DNA from: an uncultured Chloroflexia bacterium
GTDB taxonomy: Bacteria; Chloroflexota; Limnocylindria; Limnocylindrales; CSP1-4
Assembly: GCA_963712745.1 (NCBI GenBank)
Contig: CAVQJC010000010.1
Coordinates: forward strand, 1 to 64,000
Reading direction: 5' to 3'
DNA: 64,000 nucleotides
A program made the translations under genes and the position numbers. The notes under the pieces are model-generated. The model made no database searches. It had not been told where the DNA came from and saw only the letters and a list, made by a program, of their open reading frames with translations. Positions 21,054 to 31,294 of this stretch are shown here, one piece after another (the stretch's first letter is position 1; the number at the start of each line of letters is the position of its first letter).

Positions 21054-21736
21054 CCCTGACCGCGTATCGCGCGGACGACGCCCACTCCGAGCAGCCAGAC
21101 CAAGGCCCATCCGAGCTCCGACCGATCGCGCGTGAGCGCGTCGCGGGCCCAGCGGTGGCCACCGCGCGCGGACTGCTGGGGCTCCTGCTCGTCCGCGACG
21201 ATGACGCCGGTCGGTACATCGGCCGCATCGCCGAGACCGAGGCCTACGAGGGGCCCCAGGACCGCGCCAGCCACAGCCGCGCCGGTCGCACACCGCGCAC
21301 GAGCGTGATGTTCGGCCCGCCGGGCCACGCCTACGTCTACCTGGTGTACGGCATGCACCACTGCCTCAACGTCGTCTGCGGCCCCGACGGCGAGGCCGCG
21401 GCCGTGCTCATCCGGGCGCTCGAGCCGGTCGAAGGTGTCGACGCCATGCGCCACCGCCGAGGCCGGGCGGCGGGGCCCGACGCGCGACTGGCGGCGGGGC
21501 CAGGTCGGGCCTGCCAGGCACTCGACATCGACCGCGGCCTGAACGGCATCGACCTCATCACCGATGAACGGCTGTGGCTGGCGGAGGACGGCATGTCCCC
21601 GCGGCGCGCCGAGCGCATCGTGAACGGACCGCGCATCGGCGTGGACCACGCCGGCACGGTGTGGGCCTCCAAACCCTGGCGCTTCGGGCTTGCCGGCAGC
21701 GCGGCCCTGAGCCGGCCCTTTCCCGGGAGGCGCTGA
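21050..21736 (+). CDS. DNA-3-methyladenine glycosylase (MPG/AAG family)
   Basis: GRIAETEAY, D.ASH, MFGPPGHAYVY.VYGMH.C.NVV, VLIRALEP and GPG..CQAL motifs. Confidence 0.93.
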   Translation: MTLTAYRADDAHSEQPDQGPSELRPIARERVAGPAVATARGLLGLLLVRDDDAGRYIGRIAETEAYEGPQDRASHSRAGRTPRTSVMFGPPGHAYVYLVYGMHHCLNVVCGPDGEAAAVLIRALEPVEGVDAMRHRRGRAAGPDARLAAGPGRACQALDIDRGLNGIDLITDERLWLAEDGMSPRRAERIVNGPRIGVDHAGTVWASKPWRFGLAGSAALSRPFPGRR

Positions 21737-24135
21737 TGGACCAGCGATCCGCGGAGCTGCTGGAGTTCCCCATCATCCGCGACCGCCTGGCGGCATACGC
21801 GGCCTTCGATCCGTCGCGCCGGCTGGCTCGAGCGCTCGAGCCCTCGACCGACCCGGTCATCGTCCGCCGCCGCCTCGACGAGACCGACGAGGCGCGCTGG
21901 CTGCTGTCGGAGAAACCGAGCGTGGGCATCGGTGGTGCCCGCGACATCGAGCCCATCCTGGCGCGGGCCAGCCGCGGGGGCCGCCTCGACCCCGCCGAAC
22001 TATGGGCCATCGTCGAGACCATCATCGCGGCCGGGCGCCTGGTCGACGGCTTACGCGAGCTGGACCGGCCGTTGCTGCACGCGCTCTACCGCAGCATCGA
22101 CCCGCTGCCCGCGTTGCGCTCGCGGCTCGAGGCCAGCGTCGACCCGGCAGGCGAGGTGCTCGATACCGCATCGCCGGCCCTGGGCGGGCTACGCCGCGCA
22201 GTGCGTCTCGCCCACGAGCGACTGCGCAACCGTCTCGAGGCGCTCATCCATTCCGATGTGGCGGGAGCCCTCCAGGAACCGATCGTGACCTTGCGCAACG
22301 GGCGCTACGTGGTGCCGGTGCGAGCCGATTCCCGGAGCCGGGTCAAGGGCATCGTCCACGACCAGTCGGGCAGCGGCCAGACGGTCTTCGTGGAGCCGCT
22401 CATCGCGGTGGAGATGTCCAACGCCTGGCGCGAGGCCGAGCTGGCAGCGCAGGCAGAGGAGGAACGGGTGCTCGATGAGCTCTCCGCTCGCGTCGCTGCC
22501 GATGCCGAGGCGCTGGCGGCCGACCTCGAGGCGCTCGCACGCTTCGACCTGTGGATGTGCCGAGCGCGTCTGGCCGAGGAGCTCGACGCCACGCGGCCCG
22601 AGCTCGCTGCCGAGCCGGTGGTCTCGCTGCTCTCGGCCCGCCATCCGGGGCTCGAGGGCGAGGTCGTACCCATCGACGTCCATCTCGGCGAGGGCTACTC
22701 CGCGCTGGTCATCACCGGCCCCAACACCGGGGGCAAGACGGTGGCCCTACGCACGGTGGGGCTGCTGGCGCTGATGTTCCAATCCGGCCTCCACGTGCCC
22801 GTGGCGCCCGGCAGCAAGCTGCCGCTCTTCGGCGACGTCCTCGCCGACATCGGGGACGAGCAGTCGGTGGCCCAGTCGCTCTCGACCTTCAGCGGCCACC
22901 TGCGGGCGATCACGCGCATCGTCGAGCAGGCCGACGAGCGCACGCTCGTGCTGCTCGATGAGCTCGGCGCCGGCACCGATCCCACCGAGGGTTCGGCCCT
23001 GGCCCAATCGCTGCTCGACTACTTCATCCGCGCCGGCTCGCTGGTCGTGGCCACCACGCACTACGCCGAGCTCAAGACCTACGCGCACAACGAGTCGAGG
23101 GCGCGCAATGCCTCGGTCGACTTCGACCTGGCCACGCTGGCACCGACCTACCATCTCTCGATCGGCCTGCCCGGCACGAGCCAGGCTTTCGCCATCGCGG
23201 AGCGTCTGGGATTGCCGCTGCCCCTGGTGGAGGACGCTCGATCGCGCCTCTCCGCGGCCCAGCAGGAGTTCGAGTCCACCCTCGCCTCCATCCGCGAGAC
23301 CCAGGTCGACATCGCCGCGGCCGAGGCTCGCGCGGCCGACGCCGAGCGGCGCATGCAGGCTGCGTTGCGTGAGGCCGAGGAGGAACGACGCCGGGCACGG
23401 GCGGAGCGCCGGACAGCGGCCCTCGAAGCCCGGCGCCAGGCTGAGATCGCCCTGGCCGCCATCGAGGCCGAGATCGCCGAGATGCGCGGGTCGCTGGCCC
23501 GCGAGACGCTGACCGAGGAGCGGCTCGACCAGGCCATGGCGCGCATCGACGCGCGTCTGGGAGTGATGCCCGCGGTGGACGACACGGCCGTTCCCGAACC
23601 GGTCCGGCCGCGCTGGCAGGTGGGCGATCGCGCGCTCGCGGCGAGCGGCTGGAACGGCACCATCTCGGCGCTCGACGCGGAGCGGGGCCGGGCCACGCTC
23701 GATGTCAACGGCCTCCGCGTGGACGTCAAGCTGGATGAGCTGCAGCCGGCCTCGGGTGGAGGCGCCGGCACCAGGGCGGGCGGTTCGCCCAAGAGCGGAC
23801 GGCGTGGCGACTTCGGCGAACCGCCTCGCACCACGTTCGCCACCGGTGCCGCCAGCGCCAAGGCCTCCAAGGCGACCGAACGTCGCGCCAGGGCCGTGGC
23901 CTCGAGCCTGGACCTGCGCGGCGCACGGGTCGAGGAGGCCCTGGCCCTGCTCGATCAGTACCTCGATGACGCGGTCCACGCCGGTGCCGGCCGCATCACG
24001 GTCATCCACGGACACGGATCGGGTGCCATGCGCGACGCGGTGCGGGAGATGCTCAGCGGCCACCCGCTGGCCCGGCAGTGGCGGCCCGGCGAACAGGGTG
24101 AGGGCGGCGACGGCGCTACCGTGGTCTCGCTCTAG
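21736..24135 (+). CDS. mutS2: Endonuclease MutS2 with Smr domain
   Basis: ITGPNTGGKT, DIGDEQS..QSLSTFS, LLDELGAGTDP.EG and TTHY; C-terminal LDLRG...VIHGHGSG. Confidence 0.95.
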   Translation: MDQRSAELLEFPIIRDRLAAYAAFDPSRRLARALEPSTDPVIVRRRLDETDEARWLLSEKPSVGIGGARDIEPILARASRGGRLDPAELWAIVETIIAAGRLVDGLRELDRPLLHALYRSIDPLPALRSRLEASVDPAGEVLDTASPALGGLRRAVRLAHERLRNRLEALIHSDVAGALQEPIVTLRNGRYVVPVRADSRSRVKGIVHDQSGSGQTVFVEPLIAVEMSNAWREAELAAQAEEERVLDELSARVAADAEALAADLEALARFDLWMCRARLAEELDATRPELAAEPVVSLLSARHPGLEGEVVPIDVHLGEGYSALVITGPNTGGKTVALRTVGLLALMFQSGLHVPVAPGSKLPLFGDVLADIGDEQSVAQSLSTFSGHLRAITRIVEQADERTLVLLDELGAGTDPTEGSALAQSLLDYFIRAGSLVVATTHYAELKTYAHNESRARNASVDFDLATLAPTYHLSIGLPGTSQAFAIAERLGLPLPLVEDARSRLSAAQQEFESTLASIRETQVDIAAAEARAADAERRMQAALREAEEERRRARAERRTAALEARRQAEIALAAIEAEIAEMRGSLARETLTEERLDQAMARIDARLGVMPAVDDTAVPEPVRPRWQVGDRALAASGWNGTISALDAERGRATLDVNGLRVDVKLDELQPASGGGAGTRAGGSPKSGRRGDFGEPPRTTFATGAASAKASKATERRARAVASSLDLRGARVEEALALLDQYLDDAVHAGAGRITVIHGHGSGAMRDAVREMLSGHPLARQWRPGEQGEGGDGATVVSL

Positions 24136-24144
24136 CGAGCCCGA

Positions 24145-27090
24145 TCAGGCGGGCGGCGACGCCTCCGGGTTCGGGGCTTCACCCGGGGGGTCGGCGGGAA
24201 GCGCAGGGGATGGCTCTTCGGCCGCTGGTGCGCTAGACGGCTGGGGCTTCTTGCTCGTCTCGGACGAGGGATCGGGGGCCGGCTCCAGCGTGGGCTCCGG
24301 GGTGGGCTCCGGCGTCGGCTTGGGAGTCGGTTTGGGCGTGGGCGTCGGTGTCGGCTTGGGCTTCTTGGTCGCCTCGGGTATGGGCTCGAGGGTCGGTTCC
24401 GGGGTCACCTCGGGCGGCAGGGTTGGCTCGAGCGAAGGCTCGGGACTCGGCTCGAGCGAAGGCTCGGCGGTGGGGTCCAGGAGGGGCATCTTGCGGCATG
24501 ACGTGCTGGGCGGGAAGGCGCCGCCCCAGGACTGGCCGTAGGGCTGGTAGTAGGGCTCGAAGAAGTAGGCCGTGTAGGTCGTCTTGCTGCTCGAGACGTT
24601 GGCGCCCACGCCGGCGCCGCTGCGGGCCCGCTTGATCCAGCCCCGGACCGCGTCATTCCAACTGCGCGTGTGCGATTCCGCGTCGTCGAGCACGAGGTAA
24701 CCCCTCGACCGAGGCCTGCCGTCGCAGCTGTCTTGCCACTGGTACCACTGGCCGTCGCTGCCCTTGACCGCGTCCATGGCACGGATGTAGGGATCCTCGG
24801 TCGGCGACGTGCCCTTGATGAACAGTTCGTTGACCTGTCGTCGCGAGTACTGCGAGGGGATGTGGCCGGTCCAGGCGTCTACACGAGCGCTGGTGAGGCC
24901 CGAGGGACGCCGGAAGTCGCGCACCTCCCAGGTCCGCGTGACATCGGTCAGGAACGCGTCCCACAGCGGAGCCGCAACGTCGAGGGAGAAGACCGGGTCG
25001 GAGACCGTCGTCACCGGGCTGGCGTTGCTGTTGCCGGCCCAGACTCCGACCGAGAGCGCGTACTCGCCGTTCTTGCGGCCCTGCTTGGACGGTGGCGCGA
25101 TGTAGCCGTAGGCGTTGAGGTCCTTGGCGTCGTTGGTGGTGCCGGTCTTGAGTGCGGCCGGGCGACGCTGCCCGTTGCTGGCCGTGATCTGGGCGTAGCC
25201 GGACCAGACCGGGTTCTGGGCCGGGTCGGTATTGCCCTTGAGGATGTCGGTCATGACGTAGGCGGCCTGCTGGCCGATGACCTGCCTGCCTTCCGGCTTG
25301 CGGTAGCGGTAGTCGACCGGGTTGTCGCCGTTGACGCTGGTGATCTTGAGGATCGAGGTATGGCCCACGTTGAGGCCGCTGTTGGCCATCGTGGCGTAGG
25401 CCTGGTTGAGGTCGAGTGGGTGGACCTCCAGGGTACCCAGGGCCATGGACAGCCCGGCGGTCGGTCTGTCCTTCTGGAACTCCATGCCGAAGGCCTGCGA
25501 CTTCTTGAAGACCTTGTTCTCGCCGACCAGCCCGAGCGCCTTGACGGCGGGGATGTTGAGCGAGAACTGCAGCGCGTCGCGGACCCGCAGCGGCCCACGC
25601 TCGCGGCCATTGAAGTCGGTGGGCGTGTAGCCCCCGAAATCCGTCGTGACATCCATCAGCATGGTCGCGGCGGTGAGCGTGCGGTCGTTGATGCCCGTGG
25701 CATAGGTGAAGGGCTTGAAGGCCGATCCGGGCTGCCGCCAGCCCTGGCTGAGCACGTCGTACTGGGGCTGCATCTTCTTGTTGACCTTGTTGCGCTCGTA
25801 GTAGTTGGCCGAGCCGACGTAGGCGATGATCTGGCCGGTCTGGTAGTCGAGCGCGGACAGGGCTGCGTTCCACACGTTCTGGTTGCGCAGCCTGGCCATC
25901 CAGGAGGCATAGGGAACGCCCAGCTTGTTGGCCGCCTGCGAGGGGTTGTTGCGGTGCGGCACGAGAGCCGTGGCCTCGACCCATTTCTCGGCCTTCTTCT
26001 GGATATCCCAGTCGAGCGTGGTCGTGACCCGCAAGCCACCGCGCGCGAGGGGGTCGCACGACTCCGCCCCGTCCGAGCAGAGCAACTCCCGCATCTCCTC
26101 GCGCACGTACCAGACGAAGTGCGGCGCTCGCCAGGCCGGTTGGGCCTGGCCCTCGATGATGAGCGGCTCCAGCATGGCAGCGCGATAGTCGGCGCTGCTG
26201 TACTGGTCATCCGACAGGACTCGGCGCGTAGGATCGTCGGCAAGCAGGCGCAGCACCAGGTTGCGCCGCTGCACGATGGCCGAATCGGAGGGCACCTCCA
26301 GCTCGCCGTCCTCGTTCTCGATAGCGTTGCGCACCAGGTCGTAGGCGGACGGTGCCTGGGGGATGGCCGCCAGCGTAGCCGCCTGCGCGAGGGTCAGTTC
26401 CTCGAGCCTGTTTACGCCGAAGTAGGAACGAGCCGCCGCCAGCACGCCGTAGCTGTTGTTGCCGTAGAAGTTCTGGTTGAGGTAGGCCGTGAGGATGGTC
26501 TGCTTGCCCTCCTCGCCACGGTAGAAGTCGGTGACGCGGACCGACTGGATGATCTCCTTGATCTTGCGCTCGCCCAGCCGGGACGACTCGGCCACGACCT
26601 CGTCGGGCAGGAGCTTCTGGCGGACCAGCTGCTGGGTGATGGTGGAACCGCCCCTGGGGGCCCCGCGCAGCGTGTCCACCAGCGAGGCGGCGATGCCGAT
26701 GGGGTCGATGCCGGTGTTGGCCCAGAACGTCTTGTCCTCGACGGCCGTGACGGCGTCGGCGAGCACCGGGGGCACGTCCTTCCAGACGATCGTGCGGCGA
26801 CTCTGACCGCCGGCGGTGAGGCGCGCCAGGATCTTGCCGTTGCGGTCGTAGATGATCGAGTCCTCGGGGAAGACGAGGCTCTCGAGCTCGCTGGGGGGTT
26901 CCAGTCCACGGCTGTAGATGAAAGCGCCGCCCACGAAACCCACGAAGCCAAGCATGCCGACCAGGGTGAAGAGGCCAAAGACGAGCACGACGAGCACCCT
27001 GAGCAGGCCCGGCTTGCGGCCGCCGGAGGGTCGGTGGGTGACCGGACGCTGGGGTGGCCCGGGTGGTCGGTACGGGGGATACGGCTGCAT
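24145..27090 (-). CDS. Class A penicillin-binding protein (transglycosylase + transpeptidase) with Pro-rich tail
   Basis: EDKTF, GID, GGSTITQQL, RKIKEI and YLN transglycosylase motifs; QPGSAFKP (SxxK), SLN and KTG; N-terminal TM. Confidence 0.92.
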   Translation of the reverse strand: MQPYPPYRPPGPPQRPVTHRPSGGRKPGLLRVLVVLVFGLFTLVGMLGFVGFVGGAFIYSRGLEPPSELESLVFPEDSIIYDRNGKILARLTAGGQSRRTIVWKDVPPVLADAVTAVEDKTFWANTGIDPIGIAASLVDTLRGAPRGGSTITQQLVRQKLLPDEVVAESSRLGERKIKEIIQSVRVTDFYRGEEGKQTILTAYLNQNFYGNNSYGVLAAARSYFGVNRLEELTLAQAATLAAIPQAPSAYDLVRNAIENEDGELEVPSDSAIVQRRNLVLRLLADDPTRRVLSDDQYSSADYRAAMLEPLIIEGQAQPAWRAPHFVWYVREEMRELLCSDGAESCDPLARGGLRVTTTLDWDIQKKAEKWVEATALVPHRNNPSQAANKLGVPYASWMARLRNQNVWNAALSALDYQTGQIIAYVGSANYYERNKVNKKMQPQYDVLSQGWRQPGSAFKPFTYATGINDRTLTAATMLMDVTTDFGGYTPTDFNGRERGPLRVRDALQFSLNIPAVKALGLVGENKVFKKSQAFGMEFQKDRPTAGLSMALGTLEVHPLDLNQAYATMANSGLNVGHTSILKITSVNGDNPVDYRYRKPEGRQVIGQQAAYVMTDILKGNTDPAQNPVWSGYAQITASNGQRRPAALKTGTTNDAKDLNAYGYIAPPSKQGRKNGEYALSVGVWAGNSNASPVTTVSDPVFSLDVAAPLWDAFLTDVTRTWEVRDFRRPSGLTSARVDAWTGHIPSQYSRRQVNELFIKGTSPTEDPYIRAMDAVKGSDGQWYQWQDSCDGRPRSRGYLVLDDAESHTRSWNDAVRGWIKRARSGAGVGANVSSSKTTYTAYFFEPYYQPYGQSWGGAFPPSTSCRKMPLLDPTAEPSLEPSPEPSLEPTLPPEVTPEPTLEPIPEATKKPKPTPTPTPKPTPKPTPEPTPEPTLEPAPDPSSETSKKPQPSSAPAAEEPSPALPADPPGEAPNPEASPPA
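24270..24480 (-). repeat. Pro/Thr/Glu/Lys-rich tetrapeptide repeats (EPSL/EPTP/TPKP) in the PBP tail
   Basis: Translation PTAEPSLEPSPEPSLEPTLPP...PTPTPTPKPTPKPTPEPTPEPT. Confidence 0.8.
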
Positions 27091-27223
27091 GCCCGAGGGA
27101 CGATAGCATCGGTCCCGAGCCTTGTCGGCCGGCAGGGATGGACGCCCGTATCACGCGCACGCTCGGCCGTGGCTAGCATGAAGGGATGCACACACAGACT
27201 TATCTCCGCACGGGCCGCTGCTC

Positions 27224-28515
27224 GTGACCTCATCGGCCCTGCTCGACGAGCTCGGCTGGCGCGGGCTCGTCCACCTCCGCTCGGAGGGACTCGAGGAGCG
27301 CCTCGCAGCCGGTCCCGTCAGCGCCTACATCGGCTTCGATGCCAGCGCCACCTCGCTGCATGTCGGCCATCTGCTGCAGGTCTTCCTGCTGACCCACCTG
27401 CAGCGCGCCGGTGGACGTCCGGTCATCCTCATCGGCGGCGGCACGGGCATGATCGGTGATCCTCGGGCAAGTCCAGCGAACGCCAGCTGCTCGATGCGGA
27501 GACCATCGCCCGCAATTCGGCCGCGCTGCAGCGCCAGCTCGAGCGCTTCCTCGACTTCACGCCCGGGCCCACGCAGCCGCTGATGCTCAACAACCTCGAT
27601 TGGCTGGGCCCGATGTCGGTCATCGACTTCCTGCGCGATATCGGCAAGTACTTCACCGTGCCCTACATGCTGGCCAAGGACTCGGTCCAGGCCCGCCTGG
27701 CCGCCGGGATGAGCTTCACGGAGTTCAGCTACCAGACCCTGCAAGCGGCGGACTTCCTGCATCTGCACCAGCGCGAGAGCGTGGACATGCAGATGGGCGG
27801 GGCCGACCAGTGGGGCAACATCACCGCCGGGCTCGAGCTCATCCGCCGGGTCGACAGTCGTGCGGCCGACGGGGACTCCGCCGAGGAGGGTCACGAGCCC
27901 ACGGCCTTCGGCCTGTGCAGCCCGCTCCTGCTCAACCGCTCCGGCCAGAAGATGGGCAAGTCAGAGAAGGGCGCGGTCTTTCTCGACGCAGAGCAGACCA
28001 GTCCCTACGACTTCTACCAGTACTGGATCAACGATGACGACGAGCTCGTGCTCGACCACCTGCGCTGGCTGACCACCATGACGCGTGAGGAGGTCGAGGC
28101 CATCGGGACCGAGCACGCGACGGCTCCCGAGCGGCGGACGGCGCAGAAGGCGCTCGCGCACGATCTCACCGCGCGCATCCACGGCGCCGAGGAGGCCGAG
28201 CGACAGGTGGCCATGGCCGGCGCCGCGTTCGCGCAGTCGGTCGACGACCCGGCCGTGCTGGCTGCGCTCTACGACGCGGTCGGGGGCTTCGAGTTCGGAG
28301 CCGAGGCCGAGGCCTGGACCGCGCTCGATATCGCGGTCGCGGCGGGCGGCCAGTCGCGCGGGGAGGCCCGCCGGCTCATCACGCAGGGCGGCTTCTCGGT
28401 CAACGGCGACAAGCTGACCGACCCGGCAGCCGCCCCGCCGGCGCTCATCGACGGCCGCTTCTGGTGGGTGGCCATGGGCAAGAAACGCCGCTTCGTGGGC
28501 CGGCGCGCCGGCTGA
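27224..28515 (+). CDS. tyrS: Tyrosine--tRNA ligase (apparent 1-nt deletion near 27462)
   Basis: YIGFD.S..SLHVGH and GG.TGMIGDP(SGKS.ER) split across frames; [17 protein letters not shown] and KMGKS. Confidence 0.95.
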
Positions 28516-28540
28516 CCGATCCCGGGCCAGCGGCCCTGCG

Positions 28541-29257
28541 TCAGGCCCGGTGCCGGCGCTTGAGCGTGTCGATGACCGCGGACGGCGGCAGCCCTCGCTC
28601 GGCGCAGAGCACCAGCGAGTGGTAGAGCAGGTCGGCCAGCTCACCGGCCAGCTCCGCCTGCGGGCGGGCGCCGCCCGAGTGCTGGGCGACGGCGTCGTCC
28701 TTGGCCGCCATGACCACTTCGGTGGCCTCTTCGGCCACCTTGCGCGCGGTCGCGTCCACGCCCTTGTCCAGCAGCTTGCTGGTGTAGGAGCCCTCGGGCC
28801 GAGTGCGGGCTCGCTCTTCGATGGTGGCCCATAACCGCTCCAGCCAGGCGAAGTCCTGGGTGGGCATGGCGACGGCAGACGCGTCGGCGGGCGTTTCCGC
28901 GGGCGCGGCTGGCGCCTCTCGGGGCGCGACGTCGAAGCAGGAGCGTGCTTCGGTATGGCAGGTGGGACCGGCCGGGCGAGCCCTGATGAGCACCGCGTCG
29001 GCGTCGCAGTCAAGCTCCAGCGACACGACCGCGAGCGTGTTGCCGCTGGTCTCACCCTTCTTCCAGAGGGCGTCCCGCGAGCGCGAGTGGAAGTGGGCCT
29101 CGCCGGTGGCCAGGGTGGCCGCGATGGCTTCGGCGTCCTGCCAGGCCACCATCAGCACGCGCCCGTCGTCGGCGTCCTGCACGACCGCCGCTACCAGCCC
29201 GTCGGGACCATAGCCGACGGCAGCCGGGTCGAGCCCGCGGGGGCTCCGGCTGTCCAT
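28541..29257 (-). CDS. hisIE: Bifunctional PR-AMP cyclohydrolase / PR-ATP pyrophosphatase
   Basis: SRSR..LWKKGETSG, DCDAD, GPTCHT, SYT..L, KVAEEA.E and E.ADLLYH motifs. Confidence 0.95.
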   Translation of the reverse strand: MDSRSPRGLDPAAVGYGPDGLVAAVVQDADDGRVLMVAWQDAEAIAATLATGEAHFHSRSRDALWKKGETSGNTLAVVSLELDCDADAVLIRARPAGPTCHTEARSCFDVAPREAPAAPAETPADASAVAMPTQDFAWLERLWATIEERARTRPEGSYTSKLLDKGVDATARKVAEEATEVVMAAKDDAVAQHSGGARPQAELAGELADLLYHSLVLCAERGLPPSAVIDTLKRRHRA

Positions 29258-30036
29258 CAGGCCACTCCTTCGGTGAGCCGTACGGGCACACCGGCCGCGG
29301 CCATGTCCGCTTTCACCGCGGCGATGGAGTGGATGTCACGGTGGAAGATCGAGGCCGCCAGCACGGCGTCGGCATGACCCTCGGTCACTGCCGCGGTCAT
29401 GTCGGCCGGGGAGCCCGCGCCGCCGGAGGCGATGACCGGCACGTGCACCAACGAGGTCACGGTCTTGAGCAGCTCGATATCGAAGCCCTCCTGGGTGCCA
29501 TCTCGGTCGATCGAGGTCAGCAGCACCTCGCCGGCACCGTTGTCGACGCAACGCTCGATCCACTCGACCGCGTCGAGCCCGGTCGGCTTGCGCCCGCCCT
29601 GGACCACCACCTCCCACTTGCCGGGCTGGCCGGGCACGGCCCGAGCGTCGACGCTGATGACGACACACTGGTTGCCGAAGCGGCGTGCGCACGTCTTGAC
29701 CAGGTCCGGGTCGTCGACCGCGGCCGTGTTGACGGCCACCTTGTCAGCCCCCGCGCGGAGCACGTCGCGCATCTCCAGCGCGGAGCGAACGCCTCCGCCG
29801 ACCGACAGCGGCACGAACACCTGGCTGGCCGTGCGCTCGACGATGTCGAGCAGCGTGCCTCGACCTTCGGGCGCAGCGGTGATGTCGAGGAAGCAGATCT
29901 CGTCGGCACCGGCCTCCGCGTAGCGCCTGGCCAGCTCGGGCGGATCGCCCTCGTCGGTCAGATCCACGAAACGGACGCCCTTCACGACCCGGCCGTTCTT
30001 GACGTCGAGACAGGGGATGACACGTCGTAGCAGCAT
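29257..30036 (-). CDS. hisF: Imidazole glycerol phosphate synthase cyclase subunit
   Basis: RVIPCLDV..GRVVKG, GADE..FLDI, TSIDRDGT and VIASGG motifs. Confidence 0.97.
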   Translation of the reverse strand: MLLRRVIPCLDVKNGRVVKGVRFVDLTDEGDPPELARRYAEAGADEICFLDITAAPEGRGTLLDIVERTASQVFVPLSVGGGVRSALEMRDVLRAGADKVAVNTAAVDDPDLVKTCARRFGNQCVVISVDARAVPGQPGKWEVVVQGGRKPTGLDAVEWIERCVDNGAGEVLLTSIDRDGTQEGFDIELLKTVTSLVHVPVIASGGAGSPADMTAAVTEGHADAVLAASIFHRDIHSIAAVKADMAAAGVPVRLTEGVA

Positions 30037-30686
30037 CAGGCGGTCACCTCGGCAGGAGCGGGCCGGTCGGCGGCGATGAGGTCGAGCGTGTTGCGCAGCA
30101 TGCGCAGGCCGTCGGTGCCCGATCGCTCCGGATGGAACTGGAAGCCGAGGATGCGCTCCACGGCCACGAGACTGGCGAAGCGGCCGCCGTGCTCGGTCTC
30201 GGCCACCACCACCTCGGGGTCGGCAGGGACCGGCACGTAGCTGTGCACGAAGTAAGCGGGAGTGCCGTCCGACAGGCCCTCGAGCACCGGGTGCGAGCGC
30301 CTGAACTCGAGCCTGTTCCAGCCGATGTGCGGCAGGCTCGGCGCGTCGGGGATGATCTCGACATCGCCCTCCAGCAGGCCCAGCATGCGGGCCCCGTCCT
30401 CATGAGAGGTCTGGAAGAGCAACTGCAGACCGAGGCAGATGCCCACGAACCAGGTGCCGGCGCGGACGCGCTCCACCATCGGCTCCACGAGCCCCTGGCG
30501 GCGGAGGCGAGCCATGGCCGGCTCGCTGGCGCCGACACCGGGCACGAGGATGACTTCCGCGCCCTGGAGCTGATCGGGCGCCTCGGCCACGCTCACCTGC
30601 GCACCGAGCAGGGTCAGCGCGTTGCGGATCGAGACGAGGTTGCCGGCCCCGTAGTCGACGACGGCCACGCGGATGGGATCGGTCAC
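30036..30686 (-). CDS. hisH: Imidazole glycerol phosphate synthase glutamine amidotransferase subunit
   Basis: VDYGAGNL, PGVG, GICLGLQ, PHIGWN, YFVHSY and QFHPE motifs. Confidence 0.95.
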   Translation of the reverse strand: MTDPIRVAVVDYGAGNLVSIRNALTLLGAQVSVAEAPDQLQGAEVILVPGVGASEPAMARLRRQGLVEPMVERVRAGTWFVGICLGLQLLFQTSHEDGARMLGLLEGDVEIIPDAPSLPHIGWNRLEFRRSHPVLEGLSDGTPAYFVHSYVPVPADPEVVVAETEHGGRFASLVAVERILGFQFHPERSGTDGLRMLRNTLDLIAADRPAPAEVTA

Positions 30687-31294
30687 GCACCACCTCCGGC
30701 GGAGGGCAGCGAGCCCTTGGTCGAGGCCACGCCCGTCCGGCGCGGATCGGGTGCGACGGCCATGCGCAGCGCGCGGGCGAGTGCCTTGAAGGCGGCCTCG
30801 GCGAGGTGGTGGTCGTTTCGACCCTTGCCCTCGAGGTGGAGGGTCGCGCCGGACGCCTGGGCCAAGGAGATCAACGCATGCTCCACCATCTGGGTCGAGA
30901 GCTGGCCCATGCGGTCGCCCCTGAAGGGCAGGTCGATGACCGCGTACGGTCGGCCGGACAGGTCCAGCGCGCACTGTGCCAGGGACTCGTCCATGGGCAC
31001 CCGGGCCGCGCCGAAGCGTGTGATGCCGGCGCGATCGCCGAGCGCATCGGAGATGGCTCCGCCCAGGGCCAGGGCCACGTCCTCCACGGTGTGATGGTCA
31101 TCGACCTCGGTGTCGCCGACCGCGTTGAGCTCGATGTCGATGAGCGAGTGGTGCGCGAGCGACGTCAGCAGGTGGTCGTAGAAGCCGACGCCGGTGGCGA
31201 TGGCGGCCTCTCCGCTCCCGTCGAGGTCGACGCTGACCGTGATCTTCGTCTCTCGTGTCTCGCGGACGCGCTCGCCACGTCGTGGCTCACTCAT
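30683..31294 (-). CDS. hisB: Imidazoleglycerol-phosphate dehydratase (monofunctional)
   Basis: RETRET.I, DDHHTVED, PMDESL and NDHHLAEAAFK motifs. Confidence 0.96.
   Translation of the reverse strand: MSEPRRGERVRETRETKITVSVDLDGSGEAAIATGVGFYDHLLTSLAHHSLIDIELNAVGDTEVDDHHTVEDVALALGGAISDALGDRAGITRFGAARVPMDESLAQCALDLSGRPYAVIDLPFRGDRMGQLSTQMVEHALISLAQASGATLHLEGKGRNDHHLAEAAFKALARALRMAVAPDPRRTGVASTKGSLPSAGGGA

Noticed and set aside
24670-27459. Long antisense or alternative-frame ORFs (e.g. 24670..27459, 59608..61764, 8087..9886, 13491..15206)
   Set aside because: These are shadow ORFs opposite well-supported genes, expected with high-GC codon bias.
19900-27480. Frameshifts in pheT (~19920) and tyrS (~27462), also sulP (~1818) and yerC (~34783), as pseudogenes or programmed frameshifts
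   Set aside because: pheT and tyrS are essential and both halves look intact. These are single-base indels, two in short homopolymers, and I saw no obvious slippery sites. Long-read consensus errors are more likely. Some island frameshifts (e.g. ~43060) may be errors too.
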